From positions 21,374 to 85,373 of the forward strand of contig CAWCNS010000003.1 in NCBI GenBank assembly GCA_963796965.1: DNA of 64,000 bases, written 5' to 3'. The position numbers and the translations under genes are program-made. Below the pieces are notes generated by a model that did no database searches, was not told the origin of the DNA, and saw only the letters and a program-made list of their open reading frames with translations. Origin of the DNA: Calditrichia bacterium. GTDB lineage: Bacteria > Calditrichota > Calditrichia > JAJRVZ01. How positions within the stretch are numbered: position 1 is the stretch's first letter; each line of letters starts with the position of its first letter. Positions 61,645 to 64,000 of this stretch are shown piece by piece.

Positions 61645-62895
61645 ATGCGATTTAGCACTGCTATCAGACAACCGGTTCGACGAAGACTTGAACGACTTGA
61701 TTCTGCCGATATAATTGTGGGCATACCCTGTTTTAATAATGAAACAACCATATCCCACGTTATCAAAACGGTGGAGAGTGGTTTGCAAATTCACTATCCA
61801 AATCTTAAAAGTGTTTTACTTGTCGCTGATGGTGGGTCCGTAGATGATACACGTGAAGTCAGCGAAGAAATAGAAAACGGTGCCTGGATAGAGAGAATAA
61901 TCTCCATTTACCGCGGCCTTCCCGGAAAGGGAACAGCGGTTAGAGTCTATATTTGAAGTGGCACATCTACACAGATACAAAAGTCTGCATCTTATTCGAC
62001 TCTGATTTAAGATCGATTACACCTGATTGGATAAAAAGTATGGTCGATCCTATTCTCAAGGATGGATTTGATTTTGTGGCACCTTACTATACACGCTACA
62101 AGTATGATGGTACCATCACCAATAATATTGTTTATAATCTTACCCGGGCTTTATATGGATATCGCGTGCGCCAGCCGATCGGGGGTGATTTTTCCTTTTC
62201 TCAACAAATGATTCAAAAATACATACCAGAGGATGATTGGGAAACAGATGTTGCTAAATTTGGAATTGATATATGGTTAACAACCACAGCCATGATTAAT
62301 AAGGCCAAAATCGCCCAGGCAAATTTGGGTGTAAAAATCCATGATGTGAAAGATCCAGCTGAGGCTTTGGGCCCCATGTTTCGCCAAGTCGTTGCCACTT
62401 TATTAAACCTGATGGAGGAAAATGAGGGCAAATGGAAAAAAGTAAAAACAAGTAAACCCGTACCCATTGTGGGTCCTGAAGTAAATGTTGAACCTCAGTC
62501 ATTTGAGATAAATATCGAAAAACTAATAGTTGATTTTAAAATCGGATTTGGTAACTGGAAAGAAATCTGGGAGAAAATCATCGCACCAGATTCGTGGCAG
62601 GTGATTAAACAACTGTCAAAAAAGGAAGGTGAAAATTTTGTATTTCACACTGAAACCTGGGCAAAAATTCTATATGATCTGGCTCGCTGCCTATCATCAT
62701 TGGCAAGGTAATCGCAATTTATTAATAAGCCTAATGACACCACTCTACTTTGCCAGAGTTGCTTCCTTTGTAAATCAAACAATCGATATGAGTAATGCAG
62801 AGGCAGAAATACTGGTAGAAGAACAGGCCGAAATATTTGAAAAGCAAAAAGACTATCTTATCAAGAGATGGGATGAAAAAACTGACCCCCTATAG
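61645..62895 (+). CDS. GT-A fold glycosyltransferase, glucosylglycerate/mannosylglycerate synthase-like; probable frameshifts near 61950 and 62685
   Basis: IVGIPCFNNETTI, DGGSVDDT, YRGLPGKG | DSDLRSITPDW, RYKYDGTITN, RQPIGGDF, FGIDIWLTT | PLYFARVASFV...EEQAEIFE, spread over three consecutive ORFs. Confidence 0.78.
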
Positions 62896-63132
62896 ACTTA
62901 CTAATCTTGTATTAATTGGGGCAAATTTTTAATTCAGCAACACTAATAGATATATAGTCATACCATAGAACGGAAGAAAAGGGAGAACGAAAGGTATTAT
63001 ATTAAAAAATAACTTTTCAAATAAAAAAGAATCTATCATCAATGAATTTACAGACGTTATAATAGTTTTAATGTTCCGAAGGACACACCGGAATTCAATA
63101 AAAGGATATTATAACCGGAGATCAAACTAATT

Positions 63133-63974
63133 GTGGCAGGAGCGATGGAAATAGAAATGATTCAAAAACAGATCTTGAAGGATTTTAACAAAAAGACAGT
63201 AGAACTCAACGCACATTTCAGCGAGGCCTACGAATCATTTTTTAATGACTACCAGGATGAGATTCAATCTCTGAAAAAGAAACTGATATCTGAGCAACCG
63301 GTGACAAATACTCCTAAGGAAATCTGGTCTACGATAAATGATCATTTGGATGACCTTCGTAAAAGAATAGCCCATACTACAGGAAAAACAAAATTTGGCA
63401 TTGGACCATCCGTTTTGGCCGGAATGGAAGGAAAAATCAGTCTCGATTCTTGATCAGGTTCCGGTAAATTTTTCAACATCTTATCAGTCTTGAAAAATTT
63501 AGATCAGAAGAAAATGATAGTTTTATAAAAAGGCAGATAAAATCGTTTTCACTGTTGTATTACAGAATATTAGACAAAATATTTCATATTCTTAGAAGAA
63601 AGGAAAGATTCTTAGATTCGGGTAGAATAATTTACGCGCATAATTTCTTACATATTTATCTTTTTCTTCCGGTTGCTAATTTTATGATTGATAAATGGAA
63701 CCATCATTTAAAGCATGCCATTCAGACGATTGATTCTCTGGCGAAAATCACCGAACAGTTAAAGGATGAATTATTGGCCGTTGAGCATTTGCCAGATAAA
63801 GATATTTATTGGAAAAAAGTTATAAATCCGGAACTCGAAAAAATTGTCATCAACTATGAATCAGCAATAAAGCAAATTGCAAAATCAACCACTACCTTTA
63901 ATCAGACCTGTCAGCTGAAATCCATATCGCAATTGATGATATATCGCAAAAATTTGACCATTACTGGGCGATAG
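63133..63974 (+). CDS. Hypothetical helical protein, fragmented and probably continuing past the window end
   Basis: Consecutive co-oriented ORFs 63133..63453 and 63555..63974 with coding-like composition; no family recognised. Confidence 0.4.
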
Positions 63975-64000
63975 CCGGGACATCACTTTTACCAAACAGG

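Noticed and set aside
1..64000. CRISPR arrays, tRNA/rRNA genes, prophage or integrase genes
   Set aside because: None seen by eye; a covariance-model scan would be needed to exclude small RNAs.

Overview
Chromosomal window from an AT-rich diderm bacterium. PorV-like and T9SS-CTD-like proteins suggest an FCB-related lineage such as Calditrichota or KSB1 (inference). 1-35 kb is mostly housekeeping: ftsW-murG-murC-ftsQ-ftsA-ftsZ, recJ, a UvrD helicase with an inserted DEDDh exonuclease, holC, glcD/glcF, lon, a PAS hybrid kinase, a U32/TrhP-type protein, PIN-PhoH, mutY, patatin-POTRA-Omp85, DUF4175-like and DUF4159. The best candidate for an undescribed system is the minus-strand block 60323->34810. 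In order it encodes: a small exported protein; a ~17.7 kb (~5,900 aa) Ig-repeat surface protein with a T9SS-like C-terminal domain and a 3,966-bp internal duplication; a PorV-like barrel fused to TPRs; a membrane protein combining RsbW-type kinase, periplasmic sensor, HAMP and PP2C phosphatase; an RsbV-type STAS protein; and DUF456. The kinase/phosphatase and the STAS protein both carry a shared helical domain resembling the N-terminal DNA-binding region of IS481-family transposases, with no transposase catalytic domain. Sigma28-like promoter motifs precede the block and its regulatory half. Many frameshifts, including in ftsW and in single copies of the duplication, look like sequencing errors rather than pseudogenisation. 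Family assignments are from motif recognition only; no searches were run.
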